Positions 1 to 10,129 of a stretch of 64,000 nt of DNA are shown here, piece by piece (position 1 is the stretch's first letter; every line of letters begins with the position of its first letter). Source of the stretch: a bacterium. Lineage in GTDB: Bacteria; Hinthialibacterota; Hinthialibacteria; Hinthialibacterales; Hinthialibacteraceae. The notes beneath the pieces are model-generated. The model saw nothing but the letters and a program-made list of their open reading frames with translations. It was not told where the DNA came from and did not search any database. A program made the position numbers and the translations under genes. The DNA is taken from contig CAXXSM010000021.1 in NCBI GenBank assembly GCA_963663405.2, positions 32,001 to 96,000 of the forward strand, in the 5' to 3' direction.

Positions 1-1505
1 CCGGTTTGGGGATCTTCGGTGAGAAAATCGAGGAAAAATTCGGCGCCTTCTTTCATGATGGGATACCCGCGCTGACGCAGGAACTCAATATCTCCCGTAT
101 ATAAATAATGCTCCCATAAATGCTGACAGCTCCATGCGGCTCCCAGCGGCCACATACCATAAACCGCGTTTCCGATGGGTGAGGTCCAATACCACGCGTC
201 GGTCGTATGGTGGGCGGTGAAGCCCCGGCAGCCATAGACATCCCGCGCGGTTTTCCGTCCACGCGGCCGCAGATTGTCGATCAAGTCAAAAAAGGGCTCA
301 TGACATTCCGAAAGATTGCACATTTCGGCGGGCCAATAATTCATCTGGATATTGATATTAATGTGGTAATCCGCGTTCCACGGCGCGTCGATATGCTCGC
401 TCCACAATCCCTGAAGGTTCGACGCCATACACCCAGGGCGGGAACAGCTGATTAGAAGATATCGTCCAAATTGGAAATACATCGCGATCAACTGTGGATC
501 ATCCGCGCCTTCTTTTACTAATTGCAGCCGCTGGTCTACCGGTAAATCTAACTTGTCCTCTCCACCTAAATCGAATTTCACGCGGTGGAACAACCGCTGA
601 TGTTCTTTGATATGCGCTTCCCGCAATGCTTTGTAAGTTTTTTTTGCAACCGCTTTTAATTCTCTTTTACTAATCGAATCGGGATCATCCCCTCGGTAAT
701 CCGTAGCCGCCGTCAGGAACAAGGTAACCGCTCCGGCGTTTTTGATATGCAATCCAGATTCATCGGCGTATACCGTTCCATCATCTAGAACGGCTTGCAG
801 CCGGGTCGTGAATTTTACACCTGCGTGTTGTTCTCCCTGATCGGCTTGCCCACGCATGATCAACAGGTCCGAACTATTCGGTCTAACCTCAGCGTGTTCG
901 GACCGTGATAGATTGACATCGAATGTAAGGTAATTCGGCTTGTCGCAAGTCAAGCGTATCACAATCGCTTGATCCACCGGGCTGGAGAAGACTTCCCTTG
1001 TAAAAAGAGCGTCTCCTTGGCGATATATAACTTTCGCAATGGCGGTATCCAGATTTAATTCCCGCCGGTAATCTTCTATCCCCTTGTCATCTTTGAACAT
1101 AATCCACAGATCACCAAGTGTTTGATAACTGCGGGGGCTGATCCTCTCGCTCATGAATTCATCCTGCATGATCTTCTGGCCTTCGGCATATTTACCTTTG
1201 AAGATCAACCGGCGCGCTTCTACTAGATAGATGTACGCTCCTTTGCGATCCCGCTCCAGAGGGTGTCCCGCCCAGATTGTATCTTCATTGAGTTGAATTC
1301 GTTCGGTTTTTGTTCCCCCGAACACCATCGCTCCCAGCCGTCCATTCCCGATAGGAAGCGCTTCAACCCATTCAGATGCGGGTTGATTGTACCATAGTGT
1401 CAGTTCTGTTGATTCGCTTGAAAATGTGGAATGGGCCGGTATCCCATTAAAGGCAATGATAGATAACACTGTAACGAAAGATGAAACCATTGAACGATTC
1501 AACAT
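1..1505 (-). CDS. GH95 alpha-L-fucosidase, secreted; 3' part runs off the window
   Basis: Not in the ORF track; translated by hand. ATG at 1505 with GGAG RBS. Signal peptide, then LWYNQPASEWVEALPIGNGRLGAMVFGG...IQLNEDTIW and NINIQMNYWPAE, all GH95 signatures. Confidence 0.92.
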   Translation of the reverse strand, partial: MLNRSMVSSFVTVLSIIAFNGIPAHSTFSSESTELTLWYNQPASEWVEALPIGNGRLGAMVFGGTKTERIQLNEDTIWAGHPLERDRKGAYIYLVEARRLIFKGKYAEGQKIMQDEFMSERISPRSYQTLGDLWIMFKDDKGIEDYRRELNLDTAIAKVIYRQGDALFTREVFSSPVDQAIVIRLTCDKPNYLTFDVNLSRSEHAEVRPNSSDLLIMRGQADQGEQHAGVKFTTRLQAVLDDGTVYADESGLHIKNAGAVTLFLTAATDYRGDDPDSISKRELKAVAKKTYKALREAHIKEHQRLFHRVKFDLGGEDKLDLPVDQRLQLVKEGADDPQLIAMYFQFGRYLLISCSRPGCMASNLQGLWSEHIDAPWNADYHININIQMNYWPAEMCNLSECHEPFFDLIDNLRPRGRKTARDVYGCRGFTAHHTTDAWYWTSPIGNAVYGMWPLGAAWSCQHLWEHYLYTGDIEFLRQRGYPIMKEGAEFFLDFLTEDPQT

Positions 1506-1922
1506 CGTAATCTCCTAAATCGCTGGATTTGTCATTATTTCAGCCTTATTTTATAGGCGCTATTCCTTGGAATTCAATCCTCAGAGTTGAATTGAAGGTC
1601 TATGAATGGATGTATCTATAATGAATTACATGTAATACTTTTATACATAATGAATATTTACATTAAATTTTTCATATTAATATTATTGACATTTCCATAA
1701 ATGAGGGATATAGTAATAAATGGGTTTACTAGAATTAGTAAGAAACTCTTTCAAATTCGAGTAAAACTTTTCCATGAGCGCTATGGCGGCATGGATTTTA
1801 GAAGAACGCATTACTTCGTGGCACTTCAATTGTAATTTGAATAAGAAATTGGCGTACAGTTTTTTTAATAAAGATGACTTCGATTGAGGGGACGCTGCGT
1901 CAAGAACAGGAGGCGTTTTATC

Positions 1923-2468
1923 ATGTTTCCATTCAAAAAAAAATCCAGCGTGAAGATGACGAAAGTACAAATACATACCGAAAAGGAAGCGGTTCGAATT
2001 CTTACGCAAGCGCAGAAGTTGTTGGAAGAAGGCGATCAATACGTACATGAAGCGCAGAGACTGCGGTACGAAGTGACTCATGAATTACTCCCCCCCCAGC
2101 GGATGTATATCTTACGGAAACATCCCCGAAGTTTGCTTCTCGATGTCGATCGGAGAATTCAACATGCCCATATCCGCAATCTGCGGGAGGGGAAGAGCGT
2201 TGGCCAATATGGGACATTCTACCCAGCCGGCGCCATGAATCCGGTTAAACAAGAAAATCCTGTTCGCCAGAAATCGACATTAAAAGAAACAAAGAAAAAA
2301 TACGCCGGCCGGTATGGCACGATGGCCGAGACCGTTCAAAAACAGTTTCAATCGACGATAATATGGTATTCCATCTTATCGCTTCTTTTCGTGCTGTCTC
2401 TCTTTTATCTGCAGCAGTATTTGGCCTCGAATGATTTCCAACGCGCGTTCATGTGGTTATACCGTTGA
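1923..2468 (+). CDS. Hypothetical basic protein with C-terminal transmembrane helix
   Basis: Track ORF 1884-2468; ATG at 1923 follows GGAGG. Hydrophobic segment IIWYSILSLLFVLSLFYL. Confidence 0.6.
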   Translation: MFPFKKKSSVKMTKVQIHTEKEAVRILTQAQKLLEEGDQYVHEAQRLRYEVTHELLPPQRMYILRKHPRSLLLDVDRRIQHAHIRNLREGKSVGQYGTFYPAGAMNPVKQENPVRQKSTLKETKKKYAGRYGTMAETVQKQFQSTIIWYSILSLLFVLSLFYLQQYLASNDFQRAFMWLYR

Positions 2469-2681
2469 TCAAAACATCCTCGAAATCGTTTCTCCTTCTA
2501 TACCCCGTCAGATTATAGACTCAGCGTTACTATTCAGACAATTGCGTATCAATTGATATACACTCCATGTCGCATATTCCATATCCCCCATTTTGAATCC
2601 ATCGATCTTTCCTTGCTCTCCTGGATTTTATTCTATATAGTATGAATCGGCGAACGTATCACAATATCGGGAGGTTTTATT

Positions 2682-4031
2682 ATGGGCCAACAAAAGGATG
2701 TTGAGCGTAGAACGTTTTTGAAAGCGGCGGCATCAAGTGGAGCGATGGTGGGATTGATTGGGATGACGGGACCGGCTTCCGCAAGGCCGTTGGGGGCCAA
2801 CGACCGGATCAACACAGGGCATATCGGTGTCGGCGGGCAGGGATTCAGCCTGTTGCGGCGAGTCGTGAAACGGGTGGAAGAAGAGAAAGACGTTCAAATC
2901 GTCGCGGTCTGCGATCTGTATAACCGGCGGAAAAAACGGGCGCAGGATCAGGCGAATTTGGATGATTCCGGCGTGTATCACGATTACAAGGAATTGCTCG
3001 AACGGGATGACATCGACGCGGTCTTTATCGCTACGCCCGATCATTGGCACGCTCCCATCGCCATTGATTCGATGAAAGCGGGCAAGGATATCTATCTGGA
3101 AAAACCGATGACCCACACCGTCGAAGAAGCGAAGAAAGTCTACCAGGCGTCGCTTAAATATGGGCGAATCCACCAGGGCGGCGCCAGCGGCGCTTCCAGC
3201 CCGTGGTGCTGGGCGGCGAAAGACGCGATCGCGCAGGGATTGATCGGAAAAGTGATCTGGAGTCAAACCTCCTATTCCCGCAACAATCCCAACGGGGAAT
3301 GGAACTGGTCCATCGACAAAGGCGCTGGTCCTGAGGCGTCCGGAGATGATTACGTAGATTGGAAATTCTGGCTGGGCTCCGCAAAAAAACGTTCCTGGTC
3401 ACCCGACCGCTTTTTCCGGTTCCGAAAATTCTGGGATTATTCCGGCGGTATCGCGACGGATTTGATGTATCACCGGCTCACTCCCCTCCATATCGCCTTC
3501 GGCCCTGATTTCCCGAAACGGGTTTCCGGCACGGGTGGCGTTTGGTACTGCAAAGATGTGATTGATCCTACCACCGGAGAACCGGATACGCGGGAAGTGC
3601 CGGATACGTTCACTCTCTGCGCCGATTACTGGGCAAAACATTCGGTCAATATTCCCTCGTCGATGGTGAATGATACGGGTGTGCCGGAAATCATCCGGGG
3701 CAACAAAGCCGATCTCTATCCCGCGTCACAGGATCGAAAACCGGGAATCCGGATCGTTGCGCAGAGACCGTTCGAGAAAGAATTTGTTGATCGGCATGGA
3801 GATAAAGAAATCTTCATCGAAGCGGCTCCGCGTGAGGATCATATGAGCAATTTCTTTTCCTGCATGAGAACACGCGAACAACCGGCTTTGAACGCGCATA
3901 CCGCGTATCAGGTCATGTGCGCCATCGGTATGAGCGTTGAATCCTACAAAAAGGGCCGTCATCTCTATTTCGACCAGAAAAAAGAGCGCGTGACAACAAG
4001 ACCGTTAAATGACATGGTTGACTATTTGTAA
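2682..4031 (+). CDS. Gfo/Idh/MocA-family oxidoreductase with Tat signal
   Basis: RRTFLK twin-arginine motif, IGVGGQG Rossmann fold, ATPDHWH, EKP, WDYSGG motifs; GGGAGG RBS. Confidence 0.93.
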   Translation: MGQQKDVERRTFLKAAASSGAMVGLIGMTGPASARPLGANDRINTGHIGVGGQGFSLLRRVVKRVEEEKDVQIVAVCDLYNRRKKRAQDQANLDDSGVYHDYKELLERDDIDAVFIATPDHWHAPIAIDSMKAGKDIYLEKPMTHTVEEAKKVYQASLKYGRIHQGGASGASSPWCWAAKDAIAQGLIGKVIWSQTSYSRNNPNGEWNWSIDKGAGPEASGDDYVDWKFWLGSAKKRSWSPDRFFRFRKFWDYSGGIATDLMYHRLTPLHIAFGPDFPKRVSGTGGVWYCKDVIDPTTGEPDTREVPDTFTLCADYWAKHSVNIPSSMVNDTGVPEIIRGNKADLYPASQDRKPGIRIVAQRPFEKEFVDRHGDKEIFIEAAPREDHMSNFFSCMRTREQPALNAHTAYQVMCAIGMSVESYKKGRHLYFDQKKERVTTRPLNDMVDYL

Positions 4032-4179
4032 TCAAGAAGGGCCTTCTTTTAAAGGCAAATTTCTTCAGTCAGGGTAAATTGATGGAGGGTTGAACATCGA
4101 TGAATCCGCTCATTCCTGCTCCGGCGTCTATGCCCGCGTCAAACCGCTGACCATATCCTAATCAAAGAAAGTCACGATC

Positions 4180-7100
4180 GTGATGAGATATATCTTTGAA
4201 AACATAATGTTCGTTTTGATTGTGGTAATTCCGCTCTTGCTTGTATTGATCGGTTCGATTTGTGGACTCATTTGCATGTTCCATTTAAGAGGTTTGATGA
4301 AGCGGTTGGGGGATATCGAATCGAACCTTTCCATTCTCAAACTAAAATTATATAAATTATCCAAAGCGGAGAAAGTAGAAGAGAGTTTCTCAAAACCGGC
4401 GCCCGGTCCAAAATCAAAACCCGCTGTATTTGTTGTGGATGAATCGGCATTTCAACAACCTGTCAAAATAACGGAGGCCTTCGATTCGAAACCAAAAACT
4501 CCGGGTGAGGAAGCAAAACATAAACCGGAGATCGAGGAAGAGGAAATCCCGGTTGCAAGTCCACCCGATTCCGAAATTTCGTTTGATCTCCCAACGGACA
4601 GGGAATCCACTTCTGACACGCAAGACGAACCGGTTGATTTAGAGACACAGATTGGAACGGTCTGGTTTAACCGGATTGGTCTAACTTTTTTGATCATTTC
4701 TTTTTCATTTCTTGTGGGATATATACATCCCATGTTGAACGCATGGCAAAAAACAGGGATCGGTTATCTCGTCTCGGGTTTGTTATTTTGCGTAGGCTTA
4801 TTTTTTGATAAACAATTGAAGATTTTCTCCCGCCCACTCATGGCGGGCGCTTTAGCGCTGGCGTTTTATACATCGTTCGCCGCCCATTTTCTGCCGGTCA
4901 TGGCTTGCATAAGTTTATGGAACTCACTTTTGTTAATGACGGCCTTTATTATTGGAATTCTGATCTGCGCGGAGTGGTGGAAATCCGAATCGACGGCGGG
5001 TTTGGCGATTTTTCTTGGCCACGTGGCGGCCTATACGGCGGGGGGAACCGCGGATTCTTATTCCCTTGTGGCAATTCTATTTTTAAGCGCCGCCGCTGTA
5101 TGTCTCTTTCTACGACACAATTGGGCGCCGCTGAGCTGGGGATCGGTCTGCGCCGCTTATGTATCTCACACGTTATGGTTAACACAGAGTCATGTTGAAG
5201 CGCCCCCAGAAACCGCGTTTTGGTTCAACTTCGTATTTCTCACTTCCTATTATATGATCTTCCTGAGTGGCGATGTAATCTATCAATCCCGGATTCATCG
5301 ATTCAGTAAAGAAGCCTTGTCTGCTTGGCGCCGGTACGCTGGACATTCAATCGGCGCCGTCTCATTACTGTTCTACGTTACCCTGGTCTCTGTATTGTTC
5401 TATACCACGGAAGTGTACTGGGATCGTATCCATTATTATTTTATCCCCCTCGCGGTTGGACAAACCATTCTGTTTTTTTTCTTTCAAAAGCGGAATCCCA
5501 TCAACGCCGCTTTGTATTTGGGCATGGGAACCATTTTCTTAACATTGGGATTCTTTTCGTGGATTGGTGGTTTGACCTTAAATATCATTTTGGCTGTGGA
5601 AGCGATTCTGTTATTACTCCTCTCTCAAAAATGCGATCTCTGGATTCTCTATCCATTCGCGCAAGTTGTGTTAATTGTGAACTTCATCCACTTCTGGAAT
5701 TCGGACGCCCGGTTGGTGAACGCATGGCCGGATTATTTAGGCGGATCATTGACCGCGTTGATCTATTTCATCCAATCCAGGATCGAAGAAAAATGGCGAT
5801 CGAATCCCCGTTCCGGCGTTGATACGGAATCCAAATGGATTGAATCGATTCGAGTTTTCCAGACACGGATATCGGCGCCGCTGGCGTATATCCATGCGTT
5901 GGCCGGCGCGTGTTTGATCGCGTATCAAACAAATCATTTCTTCGCGGCGCCGTGGGAGGAAACTGTCCTTGTTACTTATACGGCGGTGGCTCTAGTCTTT
6001 CTCTTCCGGTTTTCGAGCCGGCCTTTGGCTCTTGCTATCTGCGTAATTCAGGTGAGTCTCATTCTCCTCTTTTTACGGATGGAAGAGCAAGTGATCCCCT
6101 TAATTCCGTGGTTAATGGATTGGAGTGTGATCACATTTGTCACAGCTTGTGGTTTCGTAACATTGATGATGGGATTCCACCGGAACAGCCCTTTGTTTTT
6201 CTGGGTGGGATTGGTGTTGATGTTCGTAACAATCCCCATGATATGGCCTGTTCTCAAACCGGTGGATGAGGGATATTGGCGGATTCCGGTTTGGGGCGCG
6301 GCGCCACTCATTTTCTGGTTGTCCTCGTATTACTTGGAAAAATGGAACGCCGGGATGAACTGGACATTCAAACCGGATCGATGGGAGGGACTGGAACGAT
6401 TTGTGTGTGATCATGCGGAGGCGGTTGCGCATGGAGCCGCCATTATCGCCGCAGCCCTGACTATTCGAATTATTGTCGAGATCACACCAGATTGGGGACA
6501 GTCGATAGGGTTCTTGTCTTGGTTCACATATCCCCTTCTGTTTGTCACGGTTTGGCGCAAGAGTCCAGTTCTGGTTACGGGTATATTCACTCATCTCATT
6601 ATCCACGCGATCGTCTTCACTATTTATAACTTATTTGAAATATCCACCGCGAATTTGCTGTGGTGGACATTTTCGGGGATTGTTGTGTCAGCGAGTGTTT
6701 TAACACTCGCTGCAACATCGGCCAGACACCATGCGTTCATACTCGGTGGGATGTTCTTGCTATTTACCGCTTATGGGTTTCTGTTGATTCACATTCTTAT
6801 CAACCGGATGGCGTTCGATCCTTATTTCTGTTGGATGATCGCGATGGTTGGCTTGTGGATACCGATTGAAACACTGCGCATGACATTTTCAACGCCGCCT
6901 ATGCGGAACTCCGATTGGCGCGAACATTATAGTCTGCAATGGCTGATGAATGACAGTTCCTTTTTCTGCATTTTTCTATCCGTGATTTCCGCGTTCTTCT
7001 TATCGGTAGTCACGGCCTGTTATACAGATTCCACACAGACAATCCTATGGTTGTCTTTCTTCTATATTTTCTTATCCGGCGCCGTTGCGATCTTTTTAAA

Positions 7101-8001
7101 AAGCGCGCCGTTGGGATGGGCGCCGGTAATTTTCCTTTCATACACCCATTTGATGGTTTATCGAAGCGCTTCTGGATCGGACAGCGCGTTTCTCTATCCA
7201 GTTGAATTGATTGCTCTGATCGCTATCACTCTCGTGACCGGTGGAATTATAGAACGAATTTTCACAACGCAAAAACTTAAAAGCCCTGATGATAAAAACG
7301 AATTCATCGCATCCGGTTTCACCTACTTATACCTGTTGACATTCACGTTAAGTGGATTCTTTTTTTACAGCAAAGGTGTCGAACTGCTTGCGATCAAATC
7401 CTTTGTGTTTCCAATCCTTGCGCTTTTTGCGCTCCTCGTGTTAGCTATGGGGATAGGACAAAAACTGGTAGGGATGCAGCTGTCCGCTTATGGATTTTTC
7501 CTGTTGTGGGTAATTCCTTTCACGGTTGTTCAATCCATCCTGGACGCACGCTTCCTAACTTTACTTTTCTGTTCTGGCATTGTTATACTCGCGCAGTGTA
7601 TTCTCTTGGAACGGATTCTGACCATGAAATCCAATCTCATTGCAGAAACACTTGATTCACAATCGTTAAACTATCTTCGCTGGATTCTCGTCATTGCGGG
7701 CAGTGTGACGATGATGATCTCGACTATGTTTTCCGAAGAGATTCGTGGGTATTTCACAACGGTTTGTTGGAGTCTATTGGCTTTTGGATTGGTGACTCCC
7801 GGATTTTATTGGAACGAATCAATCTATCGTCGGACAGGATTCACGCTGTTTCTTATTTCCATTCTCCGAATCATGCTGGTCGATCTCCGGGATTTAGAAA
7901 CAATATACCGGATTATGGCGTTTATGGGATTGGGGGGTCTGCTGATTGCGGTTTCGTTTCTCTATTCGCGATATCGGAAAGATATTGAACGCTGGTTATA
8001 A
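4180..8001 (+). CDS. Large polytopic membrane protein, DUF2339-like
   Basis: N-terminal TM, coiled coil, Pro/Glu linker, LETQIGTVWFNRIG motif, many TM helices, C-terminal DLRDLETIYRIMAF...SFLY pattern. Confidence 0.85.
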   Translation: MMRYIFENIMFVLIVVIPLLLVLIGSICGLICMFHLRGLMKRLGDIESNLSILKLKLYKLSKAEKVEESFSKPAPGPKSKPAVFVVDESAFQQPVKITEAFDSKPKTPGEEAKHKPEIEEEEIPVASPPDSEISFDLPTDRESTSDTQDEPVDLETQIGTVWFNRIGLTFLIISFSFLVGYIHPMLNAWQKTGIGYLVSGLLFCVGLFFDKQLKIFSRPLMAGALALAFYTSFAAHFLPVMACISLWNSLLLMTAFIIGILICAEWWKSESTAGLAIFLGHVAAYTAGGTADSYSLVAILFLSAAAVCLFLRHNWAPLSWGSVCAAYVSHTLWLTQSHVEAPPETAFWFNFVFLTSYYMIFLSGDVIYQSRIHRFSKEALSAWRRYAGHSIGAVSLLFYVTLVSVLFYTTEVYWDRIHYYFIPLAVGQTILFFFFQKRNPINAALYLGMGTIFLTLGFFSWIGGLTLNIILAVEAILLLLLSQKCDLWILYPFAQVVLIVNFIHFWNSDARLVNAWPDYLGGSLTALIYFIQSRIEEKWRSNPRSGVDTESKWIESIRVFQTRISAPLAYIHALAGACLIAYQTNHFFAAPWEETVLVTYTAVALVFLFRFSSRPLALAICVIQVSLILLFLRMEEQVIPLIPWLMDWSVITFVTACGFVTLMMGFHRNSPLFFWVGLVLMFVTIPMIWPVLKPVDEGYWRIPVWGAAPLIFWLSSYYLEKWNAGMNWTFKPDRWEGLERFVCDHAEAVAHGAAIIAAALTIRIIVEITPDWGQSIGFLSWFTYPLLFVTVWRKSPVLVTGIFTHLIIHAIVFTIYNLFEISTANLLWWTFSGIVVSASVLTLAATSARHHAFILGGMFLLFTAYGFLLIHILINRMAFDPYFCWMIAMVGLWIPIETLRMTFSTPPMRNSDWREHYSLQWLMNDSSFFCIFLSVISAFFLSVVTACYTDSTQTILWLSFFYIFLSGAVAIFLKSAPLGWAPVIFLSYTHLMVYRSASGSDSAFLYPVELIALIAITLVTGGIIERIFTTQKLKSPDDKNEFIASGFTYLYLLTFTLSGFFFYSKGVELLAIKSFVFPILALFALLVLAMGIGQKLVGMQLSAYGFFLLWVIPFTVVQSILDARFLTLLFCSGIVILAQCILLERILTMKSNLIAETLDSQSLNYLRWILVIAGSVTMMISTMFSEEIRGYFTTVCWSLLAFGLVTPGFYWNESIYRRTGFTLFLISILRIMLVDLRDLETIYRIMAFMGLGGLLIAVSFLYSRYRKDIERWL

Positions 8002-8103
8002 AACTGAGATACCAGTGTTTTTTGGGCTAAACTGGTCGTTGGAACATTTTGGATTTCCTATCATGACGCATTTAATAGAATTCAATTTGATGGAGGCGCG
8101 ATT

Positions 8104-9795
8104 ATGAATGTGTATCAAAAAGTGGTGATCTTTTTAGGATTCATTGCGTGTCTGCTTCCGGGCGCGTTCCCTGTGAAGGCCGTATCGGATACAGTTGATG
8201 GATTGAAGGCGAATGATGCGGATCTGCAATGGTTTCGTGACGCGAAATTTGGATTGTTTATCCATTGGGGGCCGGTCAGTCTGGAAGGGACGGAGATTGG
8301 TTGGTCACGAGCCGGAGAACGGCGGTTCCCACATAGCACGGGCACTCAGATCCCGGTGGATGTGTACGATAATCTCTACAAACAATTCAATCCCGTGGAA
8401 TTCAACGCAGACGAATGGATTTCCATCGCAAAAGCCGCTGGGATGAAATACCTCGTCTTCACAACCAAACATCACGACGGATTTTCGATGTTTGACAGCC
8501 AACTGACCGATTATAAAATCACCAATACCCCCTTTAAACGCGACGTCACCGCCGAACTCGCCAACGCCTGTCATAAAGCGGGGATCAAACTGGGATTTTA
8601 TCATTCTCCACCGGATTGGCATCATCCTGATTATTTTACGGAGAATCACGCGCGGTATATCCAGTACCTGCATGGACAGGTAAGAGAACTATGCTCGAAT
8701 TATGGGAAAGTGGATATTCTATGGTTCGATGGACTGGGCGGAAAACCGAAAGATTGGGATTCCTACACCTTAATCCCAATGGTTCGCCATTTGCAGCCGG
8801 GGATCTTGATTAACAATCGGGCCGGTCTGCCCGCCGATTTTGACACACCCGAACAACGTGTGGGCCGCTTTCAGAACGATCGCGCGTGGGAGAGCTGCAT
8901 CACCATCTGCCATCAGTGGGCCTGGAAACCCGACGACCAGATGAAATCACTGAAAGAATGTATTGATATCCTCGCGCGCAGCGTGGGCGGGGATGGGAAT
9001 CTTTTATTCAATGTCGGCCCGATGCCCAATGGAAAAATTGAAGACCGGCAGGTCAAACGGCTGAAAGAAATGGGCGCCTGGCTTGACCAATATGGAGAGA
9101 CGATTTACGAAACACGCGGCGGTCCATTCAAACCTGGACCCTGGGGCGCCAGCACATACAAAGGGAAAACGATCTATCTCCATATTCTTGATTGGGAAGA
9201 GAGCGAAACGCTTCTTCTACCTCAGATTGATGAAACCATCGTTAGTCACCGCGTTCTAACCGGAGGCGAAGCCGCCATCGAGCAAACCGATCGTGGAATT
9301 GAAGTGAAAATCCCCGCCGATCAACGCCATCCAATTGATACGATCGTCGCGCTGGAATTGGAGGGCCCCGCCGCTTATATTCCACCCGTTGATCTCCCAC
9401 AATATCTTTCTTTGGGAACGGGAAAAACCGCGAAGGCGTCCAATGTATTTCAAAATAATAATTGGGCCTATGGACCGGCCAAAGCGTTTGACGGGGATCT
9501 AAGCACCCGCTGGGCCACTGATTCAGGAACGAAACAGGCGTGGATCTACGTCGACCTTGAGAACGAAGTCACTTTCAATCGGATTGTCATATGCGAGTCA
9601 TTCGGCCGGACACGTCAATTCGAACTTCAATATAAAAAGAGTGGAAACTGGATCACATTTCATAAAGGAAATACAATTGGGAATAAACTAACCGTTCGTG
9701 TTGAACCGTTGACCACTCGTTACGTTCGTTTGAATGTGCTTCATGCGGACGATGGCCCTACTTTCCGCGAAATTCAGTTCTATTTAGATCAATAA
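8104..9795 (+). CDS. GH29 alpha-L-fucosidase with C-terminal F5/8 type C (CBM32) domain
   Basis: WFRDAKFGLFIHWG, TTKHHDGF, LWFDG, INNR motifs; C-terminal KAFDGDLSTRW discoidin motif; signal peptide. Confidence 0.95.
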   Translation: MNVYQKVVIFLGFIACLLPGAFPVKAVSDTVDGLKANDADLQWFRDAKFGLFIHWGPVSLEGTEIGWSRAGERRFPHSTGTQIPVDVYDNLYKQFNPVEFNADEWISIAKAAGMKYLVFTTKHHDGFSMFDSQLTDYKITNTPFKRDVTAELANACHKAGIKLGFYHSPPDWHHPDYFTENHARYIQYLHGQVRELCSNYGKVDILWFDGLGGKPKDWDSYTLIPMVRHLQPGILINNRAGLPADFDTPEQRVGRFQNDRAWESCITICHQWAWKPDDQMKSLKECIDILARSVGGDGNLLFNVGPMPNGKIEDRQVKRLKEMGAWLDQYGETIYETRGGPFKPGPWGASTYKGKTIYLHILDWEESETLLLPQIDETIVSHRVLTGGEAAIEQTDRGIEVKIPADQRHPIDTIVALELEGPAAYIPPVDLPQYLSLGTGKTAKASNVFQNNNWAYGPAKAFDGDLSTRWATDSGTKQAWIYVDLENEVTFNRIVICESFGRTRQFELQYKKSGNWITFHKGNTIGNKLTVRVEPLTTRYVRLNVLHADDGPTFREIQFYLDQ

Positions 9796-9846
9796 ACGTT
9801 GATCTTCAAGTATCTCACCTCTCCGTTCGGAGAAAAATTTAGAAAC

Positions 9847-9933
9847 GGGTACCCAGGGCAAGGCTTTTTTCTGCCCTGGCTACATTCCGGAAATTATGCA
9901 AGGGAAGAAAAAAGCCTTCCCCTTGCTACCCAG
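9847..9933 (+). repeat. Multi-stem structured element, copy 1 (candidate ncRNA or REP-like element)
   Basis: Outer stem GGGTA/TACCC encloses hairpins CCAGGGCA/TGCCCTGG and GCAAGGGAAG/CTTCCCCTTGC and a central TTCCGGAA; homologous to 53877-53969. Confidence 0.7.
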
Positions 9934-10129
9934 CTGATTGATATATACTCTGTGCGATTGTAATCTTCGTTTCTCATTACCTGAAACAATCTCGTTGAAA
10001 GCTTAATAAGGATTGAAAAACTCAAGTTATACCCGCGCGTAGTATAGACATACAAAATTACCCATGCGAGTATACAAATTTACCCATCTAATGGTTGAAA
10101 TTGATCTATAAAGTCTTTATACTCGATGC

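Noticed and set aside
9847-9933. Structured element as a purine riboswitch or hammerhead ribozyme
   Set aside because: Lacks the purine-riboswitch junction nucleotides and the CUGANGA/GAAA hammerhead core on either strand; kept as an unclassified element.
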